Shown here piece by piece: positions 33,369-45,846 of a stretch of DNA of 64,000 nt. Under the pieces are notes generated by a model, which saw only the letters and a list, made by a program, of their open reading frames with translations, was not told the DNA's origin and ran no database searches. Within the stretch, counting starts at the first letter, position 1; the number at the start of each line of letters is the position of its first letter. Source of the DNA: Podarcis pityusensis (lineage: Eukaryota); the NCBI GenBank assembly GCA_964106645.2, contig OZ067050.1; one strand, written 5' to 3'. A program made the translations under genes and the position numbers.

Positions 33369-36300
33369 TTAAGAGAAGGTGAGGGAAAAGGCCCGGTAAC
33401 CAAAGTTGGTGAAGACGTCGATGCGGTGGCTGCTTCCGGCAGCTGTCAGCACCTGATGGCGAAGAGGAAGGGAAGATGAGAGGGAAGAGGTTTATCAGGT
33501 ATGGGGCGGCGGAAGGCCCACCCACTGCCCCACCCGCTCTGCTTCTAACCTTGCCCACCCCGTCTTTCTTGCTTTGCTCTCTACCACCACCAGTCACGGA
33601 AACAAAACCATTGTTCTGTCCAGCAGAAAACAGCAAGTACTCAAGCCCAGGGATGAGGAACCTCAGGGCCAGGGACCACATCCAGTCCTCCAGGTCTCTG
33701 ATCCTTGGGATTCTCCCTGGGCCACATTCCTTCTCCAGCCACACACCTCCTTCCCAGGCCAGGCCCTCAGTGGGTCCTGCTTTGCACCCTTCCCTGAGTG
33801 ATTTGTTTTATTTTATTTTATTGCCTGGCTGGGAATTCTGACAAAGCCTCGTTTGCCTGGAGGGGAGTGTGAGTGCGTGTAGGAATTAGCCTAGGGTACT
33901 AAGGTAAGGTTTACATTCCTTGCCCCCACCCCAACTTTTTGTCTCTAGTCCTGCCCCTGCATATGACCCTCAGAATGTTGCTTAGAAGGGACCCCTGGAT
34001 TGCAAAAGGTTCCCACCCCAGTCCTAATAAAAGAACATCTTCTCCCACATGCCTCTGCCTACCCCCAGTCAGATCTCTGACGGAGGCCGAAGAACGCAGA
34101 ACTGGCAAGTATGCAGGGCAAGGCCTTCTGGGTTGTGGCACCCAGACTGGAGAACTCCCTCTCTTATGGAGCACATATGGCTCCCTTTCTGCTGCTATTG
34201 CAACACCTCCGTTCAACCTCTTAGGTTCAATAGGCCTATGGCCCACCCCCTTATTATTGTCTGGTTCTCCAGTGCGGTTTTGGTTTCTGTGCCACTTCAG
34301 GTTTGGGGGTTTGTTTTTTAACATACTTTTCCCAAGATAATTTGCCGTTTACTCATAGCTGTGTTTTAAATTTGGTTTGTCAGCTGCCTTGAGAGATTTC
34401 CACTTTATAGGGATATAGTTGTTTTCATTTGCCGGGGGCGAGGGTCCCACAAACTCGCCATTTGGTGGTCCAGACCTCTGGGTTTCTACAAACTGAAGCC
34501 CAAATTCACTACTTCTGCAGGTCCAACCCCAAGTGACAACCCACCTCTCATTCACCAAGCCCCCCTTGCTCCTTGGAAGCTTGGCACATTCTTATTTCAG
34601 CCCCCTCCCCCACGTCCACAGTCCTACTTGCCAAAGCTAAGCCCTGCCCCTTCCAAGCAGAATTCCAGCCGCCTCCCTCTGCAGGCCAGACACCCTCCTA
34701 CCTCCCTCCTGCCGCCCAGGAGCTTACCTTGTGCTCTGGCGAGTGTTCATTGATGGAAAGAGAGTGGATGCAACGTGGGATGCAAGGGATTTGAGCCTTC
34801 ACTTCCCCACTGATCTGTAAATGGTTAATGGTGGGGCTGTGGCCAGCCGAGAGAATCTGCGGAAGACAGATCGTCAGGGCGGGGAAAGAGGGTGCTGAGT
34901 GAAAGGGCGGGTTGAATAGCTGTCAACCTTCCCTTTTTTTGCAGGAAATTCCCTTATTCCAGAGCCATTTCCCGCTGCTTCCCGCTGCTATCCCGGATTG
35001 TTAGATATCCCGTAGACTGTCCCCGGGACAGCTGAGGCTGCTGGTCCCTTATTTTCGAGGATGCTGATCCCTTATTTTCAAATCTGAAAGTTGACAGCTA
35101 TGGCGGGTGGCAATGAAACCATTTTTATGAAGAATAAAAAATTTGGCGCAAAAGGGAAGAGCAAAGGAAGGGGAAATAAGACTGGTTGGATGAAGGAATA
35201 ACAACAAAGGAGCAGGGGGAAGAAATACAGGAATCAAGGGAATGAGGAAGCCAGTGAGATGGGAGGCTATGTGGCCCTCAACCCCCGGGGGGGATGACTC
35301 ACCAAGTCCTGGTAGAACATGACTTGTTGCTGACACTGGGGCACGGGGAATATCGTGGTAGGTGTGACGGACCGCAGGTGCCACAGAGTGAGCGCTGGGC
35401 CTCCACCACACACCTGTGGAAGGAGAAACAGGAAAAGGGTTGGAGAGATCTTAAACCAGGAAGTCAGGGCGCTCCATACTAGGGCCAGGGCCTGGTCTAA
35501 GGTGAGTCACAACAGCAGCCACCATGCAAACCTAAGGGAAACATTAAGAAATGGGTCCCTCAAATTCACGTTAAAGGGACATCCCAGATCTGAAAAAGTG
35601 GAAGACTGCCTTAGGGAACCCACAACCTGCCGATGACAAAAGCTCTCTGCAAGAGCCCTTTTGCTTACCCGGTGCACCAAACACTTGTCCATTGCAAATG
35701 TCAGCAGCCCCCCTTGCTTCCAAGGCCAGTTTCAGAAAATAGGGGCAGAACAGGGAGCTCCAAAGAAAGGGGAAGCCAACGTCTCTGGACGTCCCATGCG
35801 ACATCCGAGAACAGCAAGGCTCAGTGAACAACCTCCTCCTTCCCTCCCAGACTGCTGCACTCCAGCTCAATACATTTTGGGATATTTAAGCTGTTCTCTT
35901 TCTGCAGCCAAGAGTCAATGAACTCACCATCCAGTCGGACTCGGTTGCCAGGCAACGGATCCACTTCCCGTTCTGTGGCCTGTTGCATTCCTAAGGGAGT
36001 TGAGGGGAGCATTAGGGGAAGGTGGCCGAAGGAAGCAATGGTTAAGTGGTGAAGCTGGTTATCGAAAATGAGTAAGGGCTCCATTTCCTCAAAGGTTTTT
36101 CTTCAATAAAATATGAGATCGCAAGTGTGAGGTTGTCTCCCGTTAATATAGGTTCCTAGTTTTTATTAGGGGTTCTTGTTTTGAGGAGTTGCAAACACTT
36201 TGATAATAACAGCAGCTTAGTTTGCATATTTTTCTCTACTTTGTAAATTATTTTTAAAATTTCTGGATAGATGGAGAATGGAAGAATGGGGAGGGATAGG

Positions 36301-39300
36301 AAGGCACTGTGTTCCCTGGGGCAGAGGGAAATGGGATAAAACTGCAATACCTCATAAGGTTATCTAAAAGGGTTTAATCCTGGATGGTGATTTGGAAATG
36401 GGCTATTAATCTTTCTCATTGCTGCTAAGATCAGTATAGTGGTCAATTAGACCACTATTTATCTGAGTGGTTTCATAAAACGTGGAATATAATAGCTCCA
36501 TTATCTAAACTGACATATTACAGGAGAATGCATAAATAACAACAGTCAACCTAATCTATGGAACAACAGTTTGTTTATGATGTTTTGGAATGACAAACCT
36601 CAGGAAAATATCCAGTCATATACTTAATTTTGCTTTATTATAACTAATCTTTTATTGTTTGTTTTCCTTTATGATTATTGTTTGATGCCTTCTTACATTA
36701 AAAATAAAGTTGTTGATGATGATGATTACATTACCTCATATTTATGTACTTCAATTGATTGAACCTGACCTCCAGTACGTAAATCTGCAAAGAGAGAGAA
36801 ATAAAGTCCATGGTTTGTCTAGTCAACTGTAGCTCAGTGGCAGATCATCTGTTTGCATTCAGAAAGACCCTGGTTCAATCCTCAGCATCTCTACTAAGGG
36901 GTGGGAGGGACCCCACCTGAAACCCCTGCCATTAACCATAGACAACATGTTGCTAGATGGACCACAGGCCTCAGTATAGGCAGCTTACTATGTTGCATAT
37001 ACACCATCCCAGTCCTAGAAAACAAGCCAAAGGGGGTGTCAGCAACTGATCATCTAAAGAGATTGGAAGAAAATGGAGCAGTGGGATCCCTGTGGCATTG
37101 GCTCGTCCCCAAACATTCTGAAGATATTCCCTGAATCACCTTTAAGTAAGTGACATCCGCCCTGCTTTTCAAGAAACTGCTAAGAGCAAACAAATATGGA
37201 ATCTAAGATAAAATCCAAGAGTTAAAACAAACCTTACGACCATTAGCCATATAACAGAGAACAGAAGTTTAAAAGGCACAGATTGATACCCAAAGATGGC
37301 TTACATCCACAGCATACATTTAAAGCAGGATGATACCACTTTTAACAGTCACGGAGAATCCTGCGAACTGTGGTTTGCTCAGAGTGCTGACTTCACATAG
37401 CTACAGTTTCCTGCACTGTTGACCAACTACAGTTCACAGGGTTTTTTATATCTGTTAAAGGTATCATAGCGCTTTAAATGTATGGTGTGGATGTTGCCCG
37501 AGTCATATTCAAATCAGCGAACATAAGTAACCAAGACGCCTGTTTCAGGACTGCGGGGTCACCACCACTGAGAAGGCCCTACCCTGACAGGGTTCAGATT
37601 TGGCTTCCTTCAGAGATGGGACATGCAGATGGGATCTGCCCAACTGATTTTAAAGCACGGGGCAGGGATTATATGGGGAGACGATCTCTCAGAGAAACAG
37701 CAGGCGGCAAGGAGGCTGCAGATCCTCACCCCAAAGGCGCACGGTGCCATCCTCACTCCCTGACAGGCACTCTCTGAGCTGGTCTCGAAGGGCCAGGCAG
37801 TGGATATAATCGGTGTGGCCTTGATATTCATGCTGTGACAGAGAGAGACGAAACAGAGTATGACTTGCGGTGGATGGAGGTAGGACACATTCTGGAGGCT
37901 GCAGAGATATGCTACGGAATAACTGAGAAATTATATTATGATACTCTATTGCTGTTGCAGAACAACACAGAATCCTGAAAAGCTATTTTTATTAAGTTTT
38001 CAATAACCATAAACAAGGGGGAAAGCCTTGGAGTTTGGAAATTGAGAATCTGACAGATTAAGAGGATTTATTTCCAGTTTATAATAACAATTTTGGGATA
38101 CTCTAATGCAGAGAAGCCCCTGTAGGAGATGAGAAGGAGTTGCCTTAAATAAACCTCCTCTCTCCCTGCATTTCATCAGCCCCATGATGCTAGAGGCACG
38201 ACTCACCATGAAGGCGCCAGATTCCAGATCCATCATGTGAATGGAACAGTCTCCCCCAGCCATTAGAAGACTATTATCCTGAAGGAGGAAGGGGGAGAAG
38301 CAGCAAGAATGAGGCCGAGGCAGATGAGTGAACCATGCCAAACCCTCCCCATATTGCGCTGCGCCTGTACCTTGAGGTTCAGCTGAAGGCTGTTGATTTC
38401 TGGCACCTCCAAGCTGCTCCTGAGCAGAAAAGCAAAGAGAGAATTTTTGCCATCTGTACATGCATAAAGAGGAAGAAAAGATGGCAATGGTGAAAGGGGG
38501 AAATCAAAGTTATACCCATAAGGCGGCCTCCTGCTCCAGGCTTCTTTGCAACCCTGCGGCAGAAGGCAGAAGAAGGTTAAGAGGAACACAGTCAAAAGGA
38601 AGTCGGGAGAAACATGGGAGGGGAACCGATGAGCCAGCCGCCCTTACCTTCTTCACAATCTCACTCCAGTTCCAGGCCTTGACTTCCCCATTGCCAGCAC
38701 TGAGCAGCTGCCGGTCTGTGGAAACCAGGGCATAGACGGGACCTTCGTGAGCTGTGGGAAGAAGAAGCACCTGAAATGGATGGATTTTGGCATGGCAGTG
38801 GTGAAGTGCATTCTGGGAAATCCCCAGCTTGCCACCCTGAAGTTCCGGAGTTTAACCTTGCCAGGAATGCATTTTATTTCCATCTCATTTGCAGAGGGCT
38901 TGCAAGCCCGTGGCCAGATTCAAGGGGGCCTTGGGGGCAAGGACAGTCCTGGGAGAGCCCCCTCCCTTGGTTAGCTTACCAATCAGCAGGGGCAGGACTG
39001 TGAGAAGGAGAAGCCACTGTGACCACTCGGCCCACTGCTCCCCTCAGTGAAGGGCCCTTAAAATTAAAGGAGTCGTGTTAGGTATGTCAACACGGCAAAT
39101 CATCACACAGGCACCCAGCTAAGGTGGGGAGAGGGTCTCCAAATTGGCACTTTAGAGAGATGGCAGGGGCAGGCGGTGGCACTGAATAATGGCACTGATG
39201 CACAGGCCCCTCCAGACTGAGGTGTTGGGTTTTTTCCAGGTGTATCCTGCAATGCATCATTGGCACAATAATAGCATGTTGGTGGTGGATTTATACGATC

Positions 39301-40484
39301 ATCCACACATCATTCTGCTTTATTAGTTCTTCTGTGATGCCTCCCCAATGATATTGTATAAAAGGCCTCAGCCCAGAATACCTGAAGGAGCGTCTCCACC
39401 CCCATCGTTCAGCCTGGACACTGAGGTCCAGCTCCGAGGGCCTTCTGGCAGTTCCCTCCCTGCGAGAAGTGAGGTTACAGGGAACCAGGCAGAGGGCCTT
39501 CTTGGTAATGGCGCCTGCCCTGTGGAATGTCCTCCCTTCAGATGTCAAGGAAATAAACTATCTGACTTTTAGAAAAAATCTGAAGGCAGCCTTGTTTAGG
39601 AAAAATTTTAATGTTTGATGGTTTATTGTGTTTTTTAATATTCTGTTGGAAGCCACCCAGAGTGGCTGGGGAAACCTAGCCAGATGGGTGGGGTATAAAT
39701 AATAAATTATTATTATTATTGAAAGCAGGACTGCGAATAACTGTCCTGATACCATCATAAGCACAAATAATCATGAATGTACAATAAATACGACACATGG
39801 AGAGGCCTCATGTAAGGGCCCAAAGGCTGGGGGCTTTTTTTGGGTGGAAGGTGGAGCCACCCAGCCCAGTGCTTCTCATCTCAGGGCCAGGCCCTTAATT
39901 TATTTATTTATTTATTAAACGATGCCAGCATTAGCCACACAGGCTCTCCTGGAGCCCAGCCAATGCTGCATGCTGACGCTGGGCTTGGGGATCTGCTTTA
40001 TGGGAACTCCTGGCATTGCCACAAACGGCCAACCGTAATAAACAAGCAGGTTGGCATGGGAATGGATGCTCAATGCATCTTGGGAGTTCCTGGACTCCTT
40101 GCAGTTGTTGTTATTTGTTTATATCCCATTAGCCTTCCCGAAAGAGCCCAGGGCAGCAACAACAGGCAACATAACGATAAAAGCGTCTTAAAAACAATTC
40201 CAGTAGAGGCTGTATTTTTCACCTACCTACAAAGGACACCACTGGCTTCTTGCTCTCCTCCTTAGCCTCTGAACTCAGTGCTGCAGAAAGGCTGGAGAGG
40301 AAGAAACACAGAGGTGTGAGGAAATGCAGAGATAATTCCTCCCTCCCTCAAAAGAGGCACCCAATTACCTGAAGATGGCAATCTCTCCATAGTTGTTCCC
40401 GGCTGCCAAGTACTTGCCACATGGCGAGACGCTCTGGGAGTAGACAGTCATGTGCAAGAGTTCCAGGGATCGCTGAATATCCAT
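33369..40484 (-). CDS. THOC6: THO complex subunit 6 (WD40 repeat protein)
   Basis: Exons (-): 40484-40369, 40291-40227, 38751-38648, 38553-38516, 38419-38371, 38278-38207, 37832-37730, 36784-36735, 35990-35928, 35413-35303, 34856-34728, 33452-33369; total 984 nt. [72 protein letters not shown] short upstream coding exon may exist but was not confidently located. Confidence 0.96.
34915..35102. mobile_element. hAT-type MITE
   Basis: TIR ATAGCTGTCAAC...GTTGACAGCTATG; near-perfect 8-bp TSD GCGGGTTG/GCGGGTGG. Confidence 0.75.
36828..36992 (+). mobile_element. tRNA-Ala-like SINE
   Basis: TGTAGCTCAGTGG...TTTGCA...CTGGTTCAATCC...GCATCTC head and CTAGATGGACC...GGCAGCTT tail; a similar degenerate head lies at ~48945-49010. 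Confidence 0.6.
39360..39720 (+). mobile_element. L2 LINE 3' fragment
   Basis: Encodes YLKERL...RAF...APALWN.LP.DVK and ends AGCCACCCAGAGTGGCTGGGGAAACC...TATAAATAATAAATTATTATT. Confidence 0.75.
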
Positions 40485-41559
40485 CTGGCAAGAGGAACAA
40501 GCAGGAGAAGTCAAGGAAGCAAGTGCTGCCTGGATGGATGCTGGTTTTTGCTTTCCTAAGAAATACTGTTTTATTTGCCCAGGCATGTCCCACCCCAAGC
40601 CCTGATTGCACTACAGTATAAGCAGATTCCATCCTTGGCAAAAGAAAATCCCACCTATGTAGTTGATTTACCTGCTGCGGAGCTTGACCAAGCTCAATTT
40701 TTTGTAAAGCCCAATTCTGCTAATTCCTGCAATATACCAAAGTGTAGATCTAAGCAGCCTGGCCTTGGATGTCAATAGGTAAGATGGGAGCAAGATCTCC
40801 CCAGTATGGCACACTGGTCTCACCAGCATCCCAGTGCAGTACATGGAACCACAGAACAGGCTGCCATGCTACATGCTCCCCATGTCCAATGAGCCTCACA
40901 CAGGGGTGCGACAAATGATCCCAAAGCATGTGGGGTTTCCAGCAAGGCAAAATAGGGTACATCAGGAGTAGGGAGCCTGTGGCTCACCAGATATAATTTT
41001 TTTTTTTGGGGGGGGGATTCCAGCTCCCATCAGCTCCAGTGAGTATGGCCAATGATCAGAGGTGATGGGAGTTGTAGTCCAGAAATATCAGCACGGCCAC
41101 CAGTTCCCTACCCCCACTACACGCTGCAAATCATATGGTTCCCTCGACAAAAGGAGATGTAAACACTGCATCTAATGTGAGTTTTTAAAATGCCCCATGG
41201 GTCAACATAACGCTTTTGTTTTGCTACTGCTTGTTTAATTTGGTCACGATTTATATTTTGATGGTTAGCTGCCTTGGTTTTGAGTTTTAATTTTGGCTGC
41301 GATACTTATACTGTATGTTTTTTGTATCAGGCTACCTTGAGTTCGATTTTATAAGAAAAGCAGCTTAACAGAAATGCAGAGTTCCCTTTAAAATAAAATT
41401 AAAAAAAAAAAACTTGATAATGCTGAGCGCGGAGCAAAAAGAGGAGCCGCATTGCAGCAAACGTTGGTCCAGGCAAAGCGCACACTCTATGCACACTGCC
41501 CGAGGAGTAAGCCCATTGAACACAGTGGGACTTACTTCTGAGTAAGCACGCAAACGACC

Positions 41560-42300
41560 GCGATGTTAAATTGCTCATGCAAACCCGCCCCGGTCAATGG
41601 GAGCCAGACGCGCTTTCATTCGGTGCAGAAGCGACGCGCTTTCCTTTATCCTTCACTTAACGAGGCCAATGCCAAAGTCGGACACTAGGGGGCGCGCGCA
41701 CGAGCCCTTGAGACTTTGTCTCGTCTCTATGATTACAAAGAGCCGGAGCGACGAGAAAGCGCAAGGCACGACGGGATTCGGAGGCTGCGCGGTCAAAGCA
41801 ACATGGACCGAGAGTGTAAAAAGGAACTACGTTTCCCGGCACACTTCGCGCGAGTATCGGAGGTTTCCCCCCCCTCCTCGCTCGTCACGTGAAAACGAAA
41901 TTTGGTGGCTGGTTTACACCCTGCTGGTTCCCCAGGCTGCTGTAGAAGCGCCGCCATTGTGAAGAGCAGCGTGAGGAACACACTCCGACCGGTAAGAGAG
42001 ATATATTTTTGAATCCCCTGCCGCTATATTAACGGCGCATGCGCAGACGCTATCTCTAGACCCGCATTCTAACCCGCCTCCCCCTCGCGCGTGCCTGTCT
42101 GCACCGACCGTTACTGGCGTCACGTTCCTTCCACCGCACAGCGTTAGCCGCACGTGCCTCAGAGAATCAAGGGGCGCCCTGCCCCACCTTGAATATAACC
42201 ACGCCCTTTCCTGTGGAGTGGACACGCCCACCAGGTTGTGGCAAAGCTCCGCGAGCGCAAAGCATCTTGGGATTCCGTTATTTCGGTTAGCCCTGTAGCA
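41560..42300. promoter_or_regulatory. Bidirectional CpG-island promoter of THOC6 and HCFC1R1
   Basis: CpG-rich; ZNF143/THAP11-like AACTACGTTTCCCGGCACAC 41825-41844; YY1-like GCCGCCATT 41950-41958; NRF1 GCGCATGCGC 42035-42044; CACGTG at 41886 and 42151; CCAAT at 41666; + strand 5' UTR donor GTAAGA at 41992. Confidence 0.8.
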
Positions 42301-42591
42301 AGGCATCATGGGAGCGCCTTTAAATGGCTGCCTGTGAGCGCAAAGGCTGCTGGGATTCCCAAACCTTGGCAGGCAGAGCTAAGCGCTAGTCGGGTCAAGG
42401 CAAACTTCCTTTATCCTGAAGTGGCCTTAAGGATCACGGGAGAGCGACCTGCTGTCCTTTTTATATCATGAGCCTTTAGGACAAAAAGGGGCAGTTTCAG
42501 ATTTATCACTAACACATTAGCAACCTCAAAATCAAAACCACACATAACACTTTTAAGGATGGTAGAACTGAATCCTACACAGCCATCAGGT

Positions 42592-42725
42592 TAAGGTTAC
42601 CAGATTTTTTTTCAATGAATCCAGGGACACTTTTCAACTTCCTACTAAATAGATGGAATTTGTCAGGGGACTGATTTGTAAATGCAGGGACTGTCCCCCG
42701 GAAACAGGGACATCTGGTAACCTTA
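42592..42725. mobile_element. hAT-type MITE
   Basis: TIR TAAGGTTACCAGAT/ATCTGGTAACCTTA; perfect 8-bp TSD CATCAGGT. Confidence 0.88.
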
Positions 42726-43491
42726 CATCAGGTATTACTTTGAATAGACACACTGTGTTCTAGATTTATGCACAACTTCCAAGAGTTATCCAATGTAAAG
42801 ACCACCACTATCTGATGGAAACACTTTGCTTAATTAAGGTGTTGGAAACCTAACGAGCATCTGCAGAGACCCCTCTGATAAAGACCTTACCTGATAAGAA
42901 ACAGGAAGGAGCTTTGTATGTGGGACTCAGCCTTACGTCTCAAAATGAGCAGCTGGAAAAGCGCCTGAAGACAACAGGTGCAATATCTAATGCAGTGGCT
43001 TTTCAAAGGAATTTATACATGCATGCACCACCCCTTTTCCCCGGCAGAGACTTGAGGCGGCTTACAGACAAAATAGGAACAAATAGAATTAAACAGTATG
43101 CAAAGGGCCCACTTAATAAAAAGATCACGTGAGACCAGCTTCCTTGCTCATATCAATTGCCCCCTAAAGTGCACAGCTTCAGAGGATCATCGGCCATGCT
43201 CAGTCATATGCAGGGTAATGGGAAGGCTCTTCAGGCCTGGTCAGTGTTCTGCCTGAACCAAGTATAAACCCTAAGATGCTCTCTCAAATCCTTTTCAGCG
43301 ACCCACTTCCATCAATATACTAGCTCCACTTTGCATTGGGCTGAAGGCTCCAGAACAATCCTTTAAAAATAGACAGCTTTTTCACAGGTTAGTGTGATTC
43401 AGGAGCTCCCTTGCACTAACAGTGTTTCAGGGCAGGATTAGCGCTACAGAGGAGAGTCTCAGTTTAACCCCCTTTATGTTTTACCTCACAG

Positions 43492-45846
43492 ATGGATCAG
43501 ACAACTGGCCAGCAATCGCCAACAATTATTCCATCCAGCCCATCCACGTGCTGCTCCTTCTTGGCTGGGAGCAGGGGTTGGAGCCACACCATGCCCTCCA
43601 GCAGGCAGCGGCACACAGCACGCAGAATGCCATGGATAAGGCAAAGCCAGGGCTTGGTGAACTTCAGTAAAATACAGCAGTCCCGGTAAGCATGTGCACA
43701 ATGAGGCTTTTTGCTTGGGTGAAGAGGAAAGGATACATTTTGAGGATGGGCTGAGGGAGAGAAAAGTGGATTTTGATAGCACCCACCTCTCTGGCATTTA
43801 TTCACAGGCAAAAAGGTGACCGACCTGCTGGAAGCTTTAAAAAACATGCCAGAGAAGGAAAATGCAGTCATTTTGTTGGGCTTTTTATTTTGCAGCTTAG
43901 TTCTGAAGGAAAGAGGCAAAAGGGCGGACAGTGGGCTACAGTCATAAACTTTCAGGGAGCTTAATTGATTACAGGACTTTATATATTCTGAAGGCACTTT
44001 ACAATACAGTTCACACACAATTTAGGTAAAATAACTGTAACAAGACAGTGAAACTCAGCAGTGTAAAACATTTTAAATGTATTTACTTCCCAGCAAAATA
44101 ACAAAGTAGGCACTAGGCAAGCCTCTCTGGGGGAGGTATTTCACTCCTGCTGTCTCATACCTTGTCTCAGATGGCAGGTACACTTGTAGAAGATTATTGG
44201 CTAAATATCTTAAGGTATAAATAGAAGTACGCAGTCCTTCAAGCATTCTGGTTCTGTAAAGGGCCTTAAAGCTGTAGCTAGGTGATCTTGCGCCCCTGGC
44301 AGAACCGTCCAGATTGCGCCCCCTAGCCATGGACAAATTAGCTCCTCTTTCCGCCTCTCCTCCAACCCCGCCCCCAACCAATTCAATTCACACTCCTATT
44401 TAAAACCTTTTATTTATAGACCTATTTATGTACATATTTTTAGCCAATTTTGCTCCCCTCCTTGCCTGCGCCCCTGGCTGGGCCCCACCTCACCACTCCC
44501 TAGCTATGGCCCTGGGTGGGTTTGGGTGGGGAGAAGAGAAAAAACCTAATTCAGTGCTGTGAGGAAGGAAGGAGGGGTCCTGCAAATCCATGGACTTTGG
44601 GGTCTGCAAAGAGGAAGAAGCACAGCTTTTATAATTATGGTAAAAGAGTAGGCCAGTGGGAGAAGAGCAACTAGTGTGGGGGGATCTTTGGGTCTCGAGT
44701 ACAACTGTAGCTTTTTGTTTTAGGTGCCGGTCAACATCCTTCGCTTTCAAACGCCATCTGGAGCATAGAGATCAGTAAGTGTGACATAAGATGAGGAGTT
44801 ATGGCTGGTGCATGAAGCGATTGGGGCTAGAAACTTCCATATTCATAATCCACTTTCTTCTTCCATATACAGGTTACAATTGCATCATGTTTTTTTCTTA
44901 AAAGCTTTTTTTTTTTTTTTTTTGCTGATTAAATATATTCCATTGTAGTTTTCTGAGAACAATGAATAAACTATTGACCATGCAATTTTCATTTAAGTAA
45001 GTGTGTGCTTTTTGTATCCGACACTAAAAATGCCAAATGAACTTTTAATGTGCTACAGTGCATGATGGGCCATGCTGAAGGGCAGAGTGGGGAAAGTGAG
45101 CTTGGCATGAATTGGTACAGGACAGGATTGGTGTCACTGGACCCTGGACTCCTTGCCATTGCTCTCTGTGCCCCAACAGGGAACCCAGTTCCAAACACTT
45201 CCTCTCAGAGGACAAGATGGCTGCCCGCTTCAACTCTCTTAGCCTGGACAATGACCATGTCTACAGCTCCAATGGTTTCCCTCTCTACGATGAAGATCCC
45301 AAGTGGCAGGAGGCATATGCACGCTTGAAAGAACTGCAGCAGAGGTACTGGGGACCACTGCTTTGTGAGGGGGGCAGTCAGAGAAGCAGAATAACAAGGC
45401 TTCATTGTGTGAGATTTTCTCTCTCTTAGGCTGTCCCAAGATGGAGCAAGTGAAGAAGCTAGTTCAGATGAGGATGAGCACAACAGTGTGCTTGTGGATG
45501 GGGAATTCATTATGGCAGATTGCCCCATACTGGCACATCCTTCCTTCCTACAAGAGCCCGTTGGAGGAGTCAGCCTTGTGCCTGAAGAGGTATTTCTTTC
45601 TCTGTAAGTATAGCACAAGACTTGGGAAGAAAAGAGGAACACTGGAAAGCAAAATCATTTGCATCAGTAACTAGCATCCTCCCTCATTCTTACAGGAATC
45701 CTTGTACAGAAGTGGTCCTTTGGAGCCCTCCTAGTAACTCAGGCTTTCACAGTATCCGGACATTGATGGCTATCCCATCTGCCCTCAGCTCTCCTGCACA
45801 GCCTCAGCAAGCAGCAGCAACAATACAAGAGGAAATGGAAATATGA
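43492..45846 (+). CDS. HCFC1R1: Host cell factor C1 regulator 1 (HPIP), ~244 aa
   Basis: Exons 43492-43685, 44724-44774, 45180-45344, 45430-45603, 45696-45846; total 735 nt. KRHLE..QEPSSKHFLSEDKMAARFNSLSLDNDHVY contains the leucine-rich export signal and the DHxY HCF-binding motif; PCTEVVLW; terminal EEMEI. Head-to-head with THOC6 as in mammals. Start codon uncertain. Confidence 0.88.

Noticed and set aside
41919-41957. MAALLQQPGEPAG as THOC6 coding exon 1
   Set aside because: No GT donor at the required phase-0 position after these codons; the ATG coincides with a YY1-like motif in the HCFC1R1 5' region. Left unresolved.
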